DNA from: Nannocystales bacterium
Lineage (GTDB): Bacteria > Myxococcota_A > Polyangia > Nannocystales > Nannocystaceae
NCBI GenBank assembly: GCA_050633305.1
Contig: JBOEGF010000023.1
Coordinates: 96,001 to 160,000, forward strand
Length of the DNA stretch: 64,000 nt
Direction: 5' to 3'
Below the pieces are notes generated by a model, which saw only the letters and a list, made by a program, of their open reading frames with translations, was not told where the DNA came from and made no database searches. Each line of letters starts with the position of its first letter. The first letter of the stretch is position 1. Position numbers and translations under genes: made by a program. Shown in pieces: positions 39,088 to 50,124 of this stretch.

Positions 39088-41970
39088 TCAGGGCCGAAGC
39101 ACGCGAAGCCTCCACCAGTCCCCATCTCGCTCGGCCAGGCGCGCATGCTTGAGCTGCTGGTGGACGTCCGTCGATGCTGGAATGCCGGCGTCGTAGATCC
39201 GGCCGGCCATGCGCTCGGCGAACGCATCGTCGAGTCGGCCGTCGGAGGCCACGACCGTGTCCGACCCCGCGAGGATGAACGCGCGGGCGAGGCTCATGCC
39301 GCCGCCGAGCGTATGTACAGATGCCGGCGTCGCCTCGCACGCGAGCAGCAGTGCGACCTCGGGCACCGACGGAAGCGCGAGAATGTCGCGCGGGTTCAGC
39401 TCCCCTTCGGCACTGAGCTGAAGGCGGCTGCCCCAGCCTTCGAGACCCGACCGACGACCATGCCCGGCGTAGTGGAGCAGCCCGGCATCAGCGAGACCCT
39501 TGCGCACGCTTTGGGCCGTGGCCTGCTCACGCAGGAGTAACTCGACGTCCCACCCCTGCGCCGTCAGGGACGAGGCGACCGACCGGGCCTCCCGCTCCGC
39601 GCCCACGAGATCGCCATGGGGCGCGCCTACGACGAGCGCCCGCCGCGGCTGGGGCGAGGCCTCGGCACCGTCGGCCCGAGGAAGGTCCAATCCGACGGTC
39701 ACCGCCGCGTGCTCGAGCAACACCCCGTCGCGCCACGGCAGGGCGGCAAACGGAACCGACCACAGCCGGCCTACCGGGAGCACCTCCACGTGCTCCGCTG
39801 GTTCGAGCGCGTCGGCCAACGGATCGAGCAGCGCCCTCGACCACGCCTGCACAGTCGGCGCGGCGCCCGGGATCGAGACCGGCGCGGTCGCGAGGACGCC
39901 CGACGCACCGAACGCAAATCCCATCCAGCGGCCGTTCGGGCCATCTTCGAGAGGAAAGTACAGCACGTGGACGGAACCCGGCGCCGGCCTCGGGCGAGCT
40001 TCACACGCCCCTTGCCACGAGGTCCGCCTCCGACCTGCTGCCAGCACGTCGAAGGCTGCGCGCGTGGTCTCCTCGAGCTGCGTGCGGGCCGTCGCGACCT
40101 TGGCTCGGTGGGCCTCCACCTCGTCGCGGGGCACCGCCCACGCCTCCTGCTGCAACGCATCCAACGCGTCGCGCTGCTTCGATACGCGACCCAGCGCAGC
40201 ACTCCATGCACGACGCCCCTCGACGGACAACGAGCCGACGAGCACCGTGCGGTCCAACAAGTGGTCCATCCGGCTGCGAGCGGTCCGGGCGACACACAGC
40301 GCCTCCTGTGGCTGCCCCTGCTCGACCAGCAACGCGATGAGCCGCGCAGCGCTGGGCTGCCGTCCCAGCAGCAGACCTTCGCGCGCCACGTCGAGATCGA
40401 GCCGACGAACGAGCCCAGACACCGCGGCTTCCGCTCGACGATACGATGCGATCGCGTCTTCGGTCCGCCCCAGAACCTCCCACGCTCGACCACGCCAGTC
40501 ATGCGAGCGCCATCGCTCTGCGGGAGGCCGCGGATCGGACAGCCGTGCAGGGTGCCGCAGTAGCCACTCCCGAAGGGCCCCTGCCTCGCCCTCTTGAAGC
40601 AGCAGTCGCAGTTCGAGGAGCTCGTGCCACCCGCGAACCGAGGCCCCACCCGGTCCGGCCCCGGGCGGGTGCAATCGCTCGAATCGAGCCCGCGCTTCCC
40701 CTGTCCGGCCACCCTCGAGCGCGGCAAAGACGAGGTTGATGCCGACGACCGCCTCCAGCGCTGCATCCCCACAGGGGTCGTCGGGGTCCGACCGCCCGTT
40801 CAACAGCATCTCGACGTCGTACAACTCGGACGACGGGTCTCCGATCGCGACCCCTTGCTCGCCGATCTGGAGTCGTGCCCACGCCGCGCTGTTGAGGACC
40901 CGCAGCCAGTCGCGACAACGTGGAATCGGCAGCTCGCCGACGCGGTCCAGAAGCGCTTCGACGTCCTGAGTCCGGTGCAGGCTTGCCAGCGCGACAGCGC
41001 GTTGCGGCAGGCTCGCAACCCCGTACGTCCGACGACGATCATGGCGCGCCCCGCGTTCGACGTCTTCGTATGCCTGCAGCGCGGCTCCGAGGTCGCCCAG
41101 CTTCTGCGCGTGAAGGCCCCGGTGGTAGGCATTCGCGACACGGGCAGGTCCAGAGAGGCCGTCCCGGGGGACGAGCCTGTCTTGCCAAGGCTCGGCGCCC
41201 TCGGGGTCGTCGAGGTAGAACGACGCCGTGAACGACGCCCGGCGGGCGATGCAGCTCGCGCGCACGGGGTCGCCGAATGCCGATAGCTGCGCAAAGGCTT
41301 CGCTCGAATCGTCCAGCGCGCGTCGGTACGCCCGCTCGCGCTGCGTGGGGTCGTCGAATCGCGCGGCCTCCAGCATGGCGTGTTCGGTCAGCAGCTCGAG
41401 CGCGACGACCCGATGCGGGCCCTCGAGGCTCTCGAGAGCCTCACGCAGCGCCGCCCACGGCGGGGGAACCGAAGCGTCCCGGAGCGCGATGCGAGCCTGC
41501 TGGATGAGCCGAGGCTCCACCGGATACGGCTCGAGCTCGATCGACCATGATGCCATGCTGCGTCCCACTTCCCGCAGTTCGAGTCGCCCGCCCTGCGCCG
41601 TGGCGTCGAGCGTCCACTCGAGTTCATCGCCGACCCGCTGCGACGGGACACGGACCCGCGCTCCGTCGAGGTGCCACGACCACCCGTGATCCGCCGGCGC
41701 ACGCAGCCGAAGAGCGTTCGACACCGGGTCGATGACATGCTCGGACTCGCAACGCGTCGGGGGGCCCGCGGCGGGAAGGATGCAACGCGACGGGCCGTCT
41801 CGCAGCACGCACCCTTCGACCTCCACCATCACCGCGGCCGGTGGCCCCATGTCTGCAGAGGATGGAGCCCTGAGCGTGTCGCATCCGACAGCGAAGTACA
41901 CGACCGCCGAGGCAGCCCAACGAAGGCTGGGCAGGGTCGGGTCGTGCGGTCGCCGTCGGGTGGAGCCCAC
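39088..41970 (-). CDS. TPR-CHAT domain (caspase-like) protease, possibly a lipoprotein
   Basis: LHYAGHG and LLACE dyad, VPFAAL, DLVGAEREA, LARAFILAG, preceded by TPR-like helices; FAVGC near the N-terminus. Start uncertain (41970 or 42066). Confidence 0.88.
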   Translation of the reverse strand: MGSTRRRPHDPTLPSLRWAASAVVYFAVGCDTLRAPSSADMGPPAAVMVEVEGCVLRDGPSRCILPAAGPPTRCESEHVIDPVSNALRLRAPADHGWSWHLDGARVRVPSQRVGDELEWTLDATAQGGRLELREVGRSMASWSIELEPYPVEPRLIQQARIALRDASVPPPWAALREALESLEGPHRVVALELLTEHAMLEAARFDDPTQRERAYRRALDDSSEAFAQLSAFGDPVRASCIARRASFTASFYLDDPEGAEPWQDRLVPRDGLSGPARVANAYHRGLHAQKLGDLGAALQAYEDVERGARHDRRRTYGVASLPQRAVALASLHRTQDVEALLDRVGELPIPRCRDWLRVLNSAAWARLQIGEQGVAIGDPSSELYDVEMLLNGRSDPDDPCGDAALEAVVGINLVFAALEGGRTGEARARFERLHPPGAGPGGASVRGWHELLELRLLLQEGEAGALREWLLRHPARLSDPRPPAERWRSHDWRGRAWEVLGRTEDAIASYRRAEAAVSGLVRRLDLDVAREGLLLGRQPSAARLIALLVEQGQPQEALCVARTARSRMDHLLDRTVLVGSLSVEGRRAWSAALGRVSKQRDALDALQQEAWAVPRDEVEAHRAKVATARTQLEETTRAAFDVLAAGRRRTSWQGACEARPRPAPGSVHVLYFPLEDGPNGRWMGFAFGASGVLATAPVSIPGAAPTVQAWSRALLDPLADALEPAEHVEVLPVGRLWSVPFAALPWRDGVLLEHAAVTVGLDLPRADGAEASPQPRRALVVGAPHGDLVGAEREARSVASSLTAQGWDVELLLREQATAQSVRKGLADAGLLHYAGHGRRSGLEGWGSRLQLSAEGELNPRDILALPSVPEVALLLACEATPASVHTLGGGMSLARAFILAGSDTVVASDGRLDDAFAERMAGRIYDAGIPASTDVHQQLKHARLAERDGDWWRLRVLRP

Positions 41971-41980
41971 CCGTGCGACT

Positions 41981-42718
41981 TTAGGGTGCGGGTCTCTCGA
42001 TGACGACCCTGCGCTGGGCCGCAGCCCGAACGCCCGCTGGCCGGCTTCCCTCATCGTCGACGGCACACGGGTTCTCGAGCGACGCGAGCACGTCCGAGGA
42101 GCCCACCAGCAGCGTCAGCGTCCACGTGCCCGGCGGCAGGTCCAGCAACACATCCGCGGGACCCATCACCTCGACCGCGCCCGAGGGTTCGATTCGCAGC
42201 TCCTCCGCCAGCGCGAGACATCGTTTGCTCGGACCGCTTGCATCCACGCGTACCCCGATCGTGGACTCCACGGCGTGTGCCGGAGCCACCCGCCAACGAA
42301 GCAGGGCGCCGTCGCGAAAGCGCGGGACCTCCCCGTCGGCAAACGCCGCTTCCTCACGCGTTCCGCGGATGCCCCCGTCGAACGAGACCTCCTCGTACTG
42401 CGGGATCAGCTGGGACGAAGCTGGCTGGTCACGCTGCCACGCAAAGAACAACAACGCCGACGCCGCGACGGCGAGCATGGGGGCCCAGAGGCGAGTCAAC
42501 GTCGCCGCGTTCGATGCGGGCGCGGCGTCGTCCTCGTCCTCGTCCTCGTCCTCCAGCTGATCGAGCACCAGCGCAGCCAGCTGCGCGTCCTCGTCGCCCC
42601 GCGACGGCATGGCCGCATCGGAGTCTTCGAGACGGCGGCGAGTGTTGTCCTCCCAGTTCGTCCTCGCGCGGCGTCCCAGCTCCGAGAGCAGCGAGTCCTC
42701 GTGGCGCTCATGCGTCAT
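41981..42718 (-). CDS. Putative single-pass anti-sigma factor
   Basis: ATGA overlap with the sigma gene; acidic N-terminus, TM LWAPMLAVAASALLFFAW, GGIRG, periplasmic beta domain. Confidence 0.7.
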   Translation of the reverse strand: MTHERHEDSLLSELGRRARTNWEDNTRRRLEDSDAAMPSRGDEDAQLAALVLDQLEDEDEDEDDAAPASNAATLTRLWAPMLAVAASALLFFAWQRDQPASSQLIPQYEEVSFDGGIRGTREEAAFADGEVPRFRDGALLRWRVAPAHAVESTIGVRVDASGPSKRCLALAEELRIEPSGAVEVMGPADVLLDLPPGTWTLTLLVGSSDVLASLENPCAVDDEGSRPAGVRAAAQRRVVIERPAP

Positions 42719-43398
42719 CGGTCGAGCCTCCGTTGCCCCTGCCAAACCGGACGAGCGTTGGAGGCGGACGTCGCAGAGGTTCGGGGCACGCGAACCTCCG
42801 CGGCGACCTGCTTCGCACGACCGTAGATCCGGGTGCGCCATTTCTTCACAGCGGCGAGCGTCATGCCAAGTTCGGCTGCCACGTCTGCGACCGTGCACTC
42901 TTCGACGATGAGCCGGTCGAACAGCACTCGATCACGCTCGCTCATGCGCGCATACAACTCCCGCAAGACCAGGTCGAGGTCATGCCGTCGCGCAACTTCA
43001 CCTTCGCACGCTTCGACCGGCTCCATGTCGACCACATCGGGTGCCGTTGCGAGGAACCGCTGTCGGTCGCGACTTCGGCGAGCAAGCTTTCGGGCGACGA
43101 AGCGGCGCGCGACGAGGCGCACGAACCCCTCCAACGACAGCCCGCGCTCGGGTTTCCATCGCCGCAGCTCTTGGGCTCCGTTGCGAAGAAGCTCCAACAG
43201 CACGTCTTGTAGTAGGTCCTTCCGATCCGAGGAACCGGTGCTCGTGTGGGCCATGTGGCCATCGAGCACCGCGATCTGCATGCGCAACACCGGAAGAAGG
43301 CGCAAGGTCAGCTCGCGCTGCGCCACCCGATCTCGATCGGCACAACGCGCGACGAGTTCGACGTCGGGATGTCGTGCGGTTGCCGTACTCCAGACCAT
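42715..43398 (-). CDS. ECF sigma-70 factor
   Basis: DVELVARC, DLLQDVLLEL, WKPERGLSLEGFV, region 4 TVADVAAELGMTLAAVKKWRTRI. Confidence 0.85.
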   Translation of the reverse strand: MVWSTATARHPDVELVARCADRDRVAQRELTLRLLPVLRMQIAVLDGHMAHTSTGSSDRKDLLQDVLLELLRNGAQELRRWKPERGLSLEGFVRLVARRFVARKLARRSRDRQRFLATAPDVVDMEPVEACEGEVARRHDLDLVLRELYARMSERDRVLFDRLIVEECTVADVAAELGMTLAAVKKWRTRIYGRAKQVAAEVRVPRTSATSASNARPVWQGQRRLDR

Positions 43399-43494
43399 GT
43401 TATGCGGCAACCGTAGTCCGTGATCCCCCAACCGAGTATCCGGCAAACCCAAGCACCCCGTGGGATTGAACACTCGTGCTTCGCCCAACGATCG

Positions 43495-44019
43495 TCATTC
43501 GAGCGTCTCGGTGTGCGCGGAATACCCGTACCCCGTCCCGTACACCGCGTGCAAGCAGAGCACTCGATAGATCTCCAACGTCACGGACCCTTCGTCGCCG
43601 AGCACCGAGCGGTCCTTTTCGGTGAGCCCGAACCGAGACGCGTCTCCAGAGAAGAGCAGGTCCTCGTTCTCGTCGACGGACTCTCCGAAGTCGGCTCCCT
43701 TTACAGTCCACTCCTCGAGCGTCATTTCGCGATCCTCGCCGACGATCATCACCCGTTCACCGGCCTCGACCCAAACCTCGGCTTCGACCTGATAGACGAC
43801 CGGATCCTCCAGGTTGAGCACCAGCAGCTCGTCGTCGCCGAGTTCGGCGATGTCGTTCCAGCCGACCTCCACGATCTCGACCTCCGCTTCGCGCTGGAGC
43901 CCTTCGGGTGCAGAATCCTCCGACTCGGCGCTACACCCCGAGCCGAGCGCAAGCGAGGCGAGGGCCGCGCTCACGGTCCAGACGGCGGAGATTGATGCTT
44001 TCGCGTGAGGCCTGTTCAT
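43495..44019 (-). CDS. Acidic lipoprotein heading the sigma/CHAT operon
   Basis: Lipobox LGSGC; co-oriented with the sigma gene. Confidence 0.7.
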   Translation of the reverse strand: MNRPHAKASISAVWTVSAALASLALGSGCSAESEDSAPEGLQREAEVEIVEVGWNDIAELGDDELLVLNLEDPVVYQVEAEVWVEAGERVMIVGEDREMTLEEWTVKGADFGESVDENEDLLFSGDASRFGLTEKDRSVLGDEGSVTLEIYRVLCLHAVYGTGYGYSAHTETLE

Positions 44020-44029
44020 GCCCTACGAG

Positions 44030-44075
44030 TTGGCAAGCAGGGCCATCGCGGAGACACCTCATCTCGATTTTTTTT
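44030..44075 (-). promoter_or_regulatory. Putative ECF promoter before the lipoprotein-sigma-anti-sigma-CHAT operon
   Basis: Minus strand A8-N11-TGTCTCCG-N15-CCAA, 10 nt before ATG 44019. Confidence 0.6.
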
Positions 44076-44159
44076 CGAGTGGGAAGAGACGCGAACCGGC
44101 CGGCACCCCGGAACGGCACAGGCTCCGGGCGCATTGGGCTGCGAGAAGGGCAGCTCAGC

Positions 44160-44768
44160 GCGACAAACACGAACTTCGATCCGGCGGTGAGCCAGCGACG
44201 TTTCGTCGTCGCTGCAACAGACGAGGCCGAGACGCTCCTTTTGCCATCGATCAGCGAGCGGCTCGGGTACGACGCTCCAGGGTGCACGATCGAAGTCGTC
44301 CCTCCCTCGCGCGATGACGCGACTGCGCTCGAGTTGGGGACGCTCGACTTGCGTGTCTCTCGGCCCTGCCACCTGCCCAGCGACGAGTTGGTCGTGACGC
44401 CCCTGTGGACCGACCCCCTCGTCGTGGTGGGCCACCCCAACCTCCGCGACGCCGCCCGCTCAATCCACGCGGGCATTCTCGCAGCGCTCGAGGCCACCGG
44501 ATTCGACGGCCCCGGACCCCGCCGTACGACGACACACTTCGCCGCCCTACAACTCGCCGCGCAAACGAGTGCATTCGCGATCGTTCCAAGGCGTGTCGCC
44601 GAGCGCTACTTGGCAACGACGAAGCTCCAGTTGACCGACCTCGCCCCGCTCGATGTCCACCTGGAACTCCGGTCGATGTGGCACCCGAACCACCGCTCAG
44701 ACGCCGCACATCAGTGGTTTCGCGCCCTCGTCGCCCAAGCAGCCACCACGCTCGCCACACAGGCCTAA
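44160..44768 (+). pseudogene. LysR-type regulator remnant (substrate-binding domain only)
   Basis: FDPAVSQRRFVVAATD, DAPG, LELGTLDL, WHPNHRSDAAHQWFR. No HTH or credible start upstream. Confidence 0.7.
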
Positions 44769-45234
44769 CACCGCCCTTCGAAACCAGGCCCGGTGACTCG
44801 CAGGGCGCTCGCCTCGAGGACGCCGACCGCGTCATCCCTCTCGAAAACGGCCCCGTCGTGGCACCGTCCTCGAGGACCTCGCCGACTGCCGCAAGTGGGC
44901 CGAACCGATCATCCTCGGTGAAGCGATCCCTCGGACCGAAGGACAGCCGCTTCAGGCGCCGCGGGCGGTCGACTTCGGCCCCGACCCCAGGCTCCCCAGT
45001 TCGACGATAGCCGCGGTGTGGCCAGACTCCGCGACCCGGCCGCAACTGCCAAACGAACCCGGACCGTGCATCAGGACAACGCCAAAAGGTTGGAACATAC
45101 CGCAAATCTAAAACCTCAAATTCGTCCTCTTCTGGCGCCGTAGCCACCGAGCTGGACAAGCATGGAGGACCACGACGCTCAACGATCTCACGACCCAGAA
45201 CACCGACGAGCGAATGCACGTAGCCTCGGCTGGG

Positions 45235-46554
<1,320 letters not shown>

Positions 46555-46802
46555 GCAAGCACCGGTACGCGTTCGCGCTCCACGCCCTTTCATCCCTCGG
46601 CGCTTAGACGGAATGAACTGGGAAACAGTCGCCGTGGGCGGCGGTCGCGGAGCGAGCGAGCCGGGTCGCGTGGACGCTCGAGCTCGGTTGCGGGCGGAGT
46701 CACACGCCTCGCGCTTGTCGGCGAACGAGACCGTGTAGGGCGAGAGATGGGCTCCCCGGGACGGCCTGCCGACCTCGAGGAGCCCCACGAAGTTGACCGC
46801 TC

Positions 46803-47684
46803 CTAGTAGAACGCGAGGTCGTCGAGATCGAACTCGAAGTCGGTGTTGGCCGGGACCTGAAACTGGATCGACATCAGCGTCCCCGCATCGAAGTCCGCCG
46901 CGATTCCCCAGCCTTCCTGAAAGAGCTCGTCAAACCCGACCTGGAACTGCTGCCAGTCCGCCGTCAACGGCACAATCTTCCCGTGCGCGTCTTCACAATC
47001 GGTGGGGCTGTCACAGCTGCCACCGCTTTCGACCGGAACGACGGCGTCGACGAGGAACTTCACTCGAACAGGAGCGTTTCCTCGCGCGAAGAACACAACT
47101 CCGCTGAACGCGGACGCATCGTAAGGGTTTCGGATCCCCGGGCCGCCTTCGTCGTCGCCCTCGTTGTTGAGGTCGACGCCGAGACCGGCGCCCCAGACCG
47201 CGAACCCGCTGCCGTCGGTGTGCGCCATGAAGATGCTGTCTGCGGGCCCACCGTCGACGGGTGCGAACGCCTCGTCGGCCCCGGGGACCTGCGTCGCGCC
47301 CTTGGATTCGTCGTTGTACGTGTACCAAGCACCCCTGCGACCATTGGCTGCGAGGATCAGTGCATCACCGTCCTCGAGATCGTCGATGACGTTCTGCGGG
47401 TCGACGTCAATTCCCGTGTCGCTGGTATCATCCGTGGTCGGGTCCCCAGTTGGATCCGAAGGATCCGTGGTCGGGTTTCCGGTGACTCCATCGGAGGGGT
47501 CATCGCCCGTGGACCCTTCGCCCCCAGAGCCGGCGGTATCCTCGCCCGTGCTGGCGGCGCTGGTGGTCTCGCTCGCACCGGGGGCCGAGGTGTTTTCCTC
47601 GCTGCTCTCGCCAGCGTCGCAGGCGGTACCAGTGACGACCAGCAGACCGGCCAAGACGAACGAATGGGATTGAATCGACTTCAT
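46803..47684 (-). CDS. Lipoprotein with CBM11/CIA30-like carbohydrate-binding domain
   Basis: Lipobox TGTAC, T/D linker, IDDLEDGD..GAWYTYND, PYDASAFSGVVFFARG, WQQF, QFQ, DLDDLAFY. Confidence 0.8.
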   Translation of the reverse strand: MKSIQSHSFVLAGLLVVTGTACDAGESSEENTSAPGASETTSAASTGEDTAGSGGEGSTGDDPSDGVTGNPTTDPSDPTGDPTTDDTSDTGIDVDPQNVIDDLEDGDALILAANGRRGAWYTYNDESKGATQVPGADEAFAPVDGGPADSIFMAHTDGSGFAVWGAGLGVDLNNEGDDEGGPGIRNPYDASAFSGVVFFARGNAPVRVKFLVDAVVPVESGGSCDSPTDCEDAHGKIVPLTADWQQFQVGFDELFQEGWGIAADFDAGTLMSIQFQVPANTDFEFDLDDLAFY

Positions 47685-47767
47685 GTTGGTGTCCGTTGTT
47701 GGGGGGGCAATGGGGCTCCCGCTGTCTCGGCGTAGAGGTCGAGCCAGCTGGAAAGTGATGAAAGAAT

Positions 47768-49129
47768 TCACTCGACGACCGCGTTGCGGGCGATGACTTC
47801 GGCGTAGTAGTGCGCGCTGTCTTTGGGGAGCCGCTTCTGAGTCGTGTAGTCGACCCACACCATCCCGAAGCGCTGCGTGTAGCCGCGGTCCCACTCGAAG
47901 TTGTCGAGCAGCGACCACGCGAAGTAGCCGTGCAAGGGGACCCCGTCCTGAATCGCGCGTAGCGCCTGTGCAAAGTGATCGCGGAAGTATTGGATGCGGC
48001 GAACATCTGGCACCGCGCCGCCGGGCTGCGGACCTGTGTCGTAGCTGGCGCCGTTCTCTGTGATGTACATCGGCCCGGGCGCGTAGCTTTGGTGCACGCG
48101 TTGGAGCAGCGCCCAAAGGCCTTCGGGAAACACCTCCCAGCCCATGTCGGTCCACTCCTCCGGAGGCGTTTGGACAACTGTCGGCGGATCGTTGTCCGGC
48201 ACATCGGCCCGCTCCACCTTGCGGTAGTAGTAGTTGATGCCCAAGAAATCCGTGGGCACGGCTATCGCTTCGAGGTCTCCGGGGTGGACCCACGAAGCCA
48301 TCCCGTCGTCCGGGAGGCCGCCCCGGTCGATGTAGTCTCGGACGATGTCTTCGGGGTAGCCCTGCCCGTACAGCGGCTCGAGAAACCAGCGGTTGAAGGC
48401 ACCGTCTTCGTGGCGACGTTGCTCGCGGTCGGCCGCGCTGGAAGACGCTGCATCCACCGGCGCCAGGTTGAGCGTGATGCCGATTCGGGCCGAGCTGGGA
48501 AGAGCCTCACGGAGCCTGCGAGTCGCCCAACCGTGGCTGAGCAGGAGGTGGTGGCTGGCGCCAATGCTGGCCGCAAGATCGGTACGACCAGGCGCGTGGC
48601 GTCCGAACTGGTAACCGAGCATGGCGGCACACCAGGGCTCGTTGTGTGTGATCCAGTGCTGCACGCGATCGCCAAGCGCCTCAGCCATCGCCGTCGCATA
48701 GTCGACGAAGGCCGAGGCGGTGTCACGCACAGGCCACCCTCCGGCATCCTCGAGCGCTTGCGGGAGGTCCCAGTGGTAGAGGGTCACCCAAGGCTCGATG
48801 CCAGCCTCGAGTAGTTGGTCGACGAGACGCGAGTACACGTCGATGCCTTCGGGCGCGCAGGCTCCTCGCCCTTGCGGCATCACGCGAGGCCAGCTGATCG
48901 AGAACCGATAGGCCGCCAGCCCAAGCCGCTTCATCAGGGCCACGTCTTCATCCATGCGAGCGAGGTGATCGCACGCCACCGCGCCGTCGCTACCGTCTTC
49001 GACGGCTCCCGGAACCCGGCAGAAGGTGTCCCAGATCGAAGGGCCACGCGTATCTACAGCCCCTTCGATCTGATAGCTCGAGGTCGCAGCGCCCCACAGG
49101 AAGTTGGAAGGAAACGTTCGGTCATTCAT
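47768..49129 (-). CDS. GH1 beta-glucosidase (cytoplasmic)
   Basis: FLWGAATSSYQIEGA, YRFSISWPR, TLYHWDLP, HNEP and ITENG catalytic Glu motifs, WSLLDNFEW. Confidence 0.96.
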   Translation of the reverse strand: MNDRTFPSNFLWGAATSSYQIEGAVDTRGPSIWDTFCRVPGAVEDGSDGAVACDHLARMDEDVALMKRLGLAAYRFSISWPRVMPQGRGACAPEGIDVYSRLVDQLLEAGIEPWVTLYHWDLPQALEDAGGWPVRDTASAFVDYATAMAEALGDRVQHWITHNEPWCAAMLGYQFGRHAPGRTDLAASIGASHHLLLSHGWATRRLREALPSSARIGITLNLAPVDAASSSAADREQRRHEDGAFNRWFLEPLYGQGYPEDIVRDYIDRGGLPDDGMASWVHPGDLEAIAVPTDFLGINYYYRKVERADVPDNDPPTVVQTPPEEWTDMGWEVFPEGLWALLQRVHQSYAPGPMYITENGASYDTGPQPGGAVPDVRRIQYFRDHFAQALRAIQDGVPLHGYFAWSLLDNFEWDRGYTQRFGMVWVDYTTQKRLPKDSAHYYAEVIARNAVVE

Positions 49130-50124
49130 GAAGCGAGAGGCTCCTCCGTGTCCGGCACGGGGTGAGGTCGATGACACGCGACGAAGCCCTGGGGACCCCG
49201 TTCGTGTAGAGGAACAGCGCCGGTCCGACACGCACCGGTTGCGCGAGGACAAAGCGATGCGAAGCAGCAACCCGTCGGCGGTGATGTGAGATCGGGTCGA
49301 TGCCCTTCGGGATTGCACAGCGGAGCGTCGGGCCGCGGCGCACCGGCAACCGAGCCGAGTAGCAGACGTGTGTAGGGATGTTGGGGTCGACCGACGATCT
49401 CGTCGGCGGGACCGTGTTCCACGATCTCCCCCGCGTACATCACCGCGATTTCGTCCGCCAGATATCTCGCGCTTGCGAGGTCGTGGGTCACGACCAGCAT
49501 GCCGATCGAGTGCGAGGTTTTGAGGTCTCGCAGGAGATTGAGGATCTCGATGCGAACCGAGACGTCGAGCATCGAGGTGGGTTCGTCGGCGAGGAGTACG
49601 TCGGGCTCGACGGCCAAGGCTCGAGCGATCGCGACGCGTTGCCTCTGCCCGCCAGAGAGTTCGAACGGTCGCCGGTCGATGTACGCGTCCGCGGGTTGCA
49701 GTCCGACGCGATCCAAGAGTTCCAACGCGGCCGCCCGAGCGTTTTGGCGAGAGGCCTTCCCATGGCGAAGCAATGGCCGTTTGAGGTGGTATTCGATGGA
49801 GTGCGCTGGGTTGAGTGAGGCGAACGGGTCCTGAAAGATCATCTGCACGCGTTGCCGGTAGGCCGGTTCGACTCGGCGGCCCAAAACCTCTGCCCCGTCC
49901 AACTCGAGACTGCCGGAGGCAGGATGAACCAGCCTCGCGATCACCTTGGAGACCGTGCTCTTTCCGCTCCCTGACTCCCCAACGAGCGCCAGAGCCCTCC
50001 CCCGACGCAGTGTCAGTGACACCCGATGAAGAGCCCGTAGCGTGCGGCCACGCCCTGCCGGATAGTCGACACAGAGTTCGTGCGCGCGTAGGAGCACGGG
50101 TGTTTTGGGAGTCGGAGCGTTCAT
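49126..50124 (-). CDS. ABC transporter ATPase (OppF/DppF-type)
   Basis: GESGSGKST, QMIFQDP, LSGGQRQR, ADEPTS, HPYT. Confidence 0.95.
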   Translation of the reverse strand: MNAPTPKTPVLLRAHELCVDYPAGRGRTLRALHRVSLTLRRGRALALVGESGSGKSTVSKVIARLVHPASGSLELDGAEVLGRRVEPAYRQRVQMIFQDPFASLNPAHSIEYHLKRPLLRHGKASRQNARAAALELLDRVGLQPADAYIDRRPFELSGGQRQRVAIARALAVEPDVLLADEPTSMLDVSVRIEILNLLRDLKTSHSIGMLVVTHDLASARYLADEIAVMYAGEIVEHGPADEIVGRPQHPYTRLLLGSVAGAPRPDAPLCNPEGHRPDLTSPPTGCCFASLCPRATGACRTGAVPLHERGPQGFVACHRPHPVPDTEEPLAS

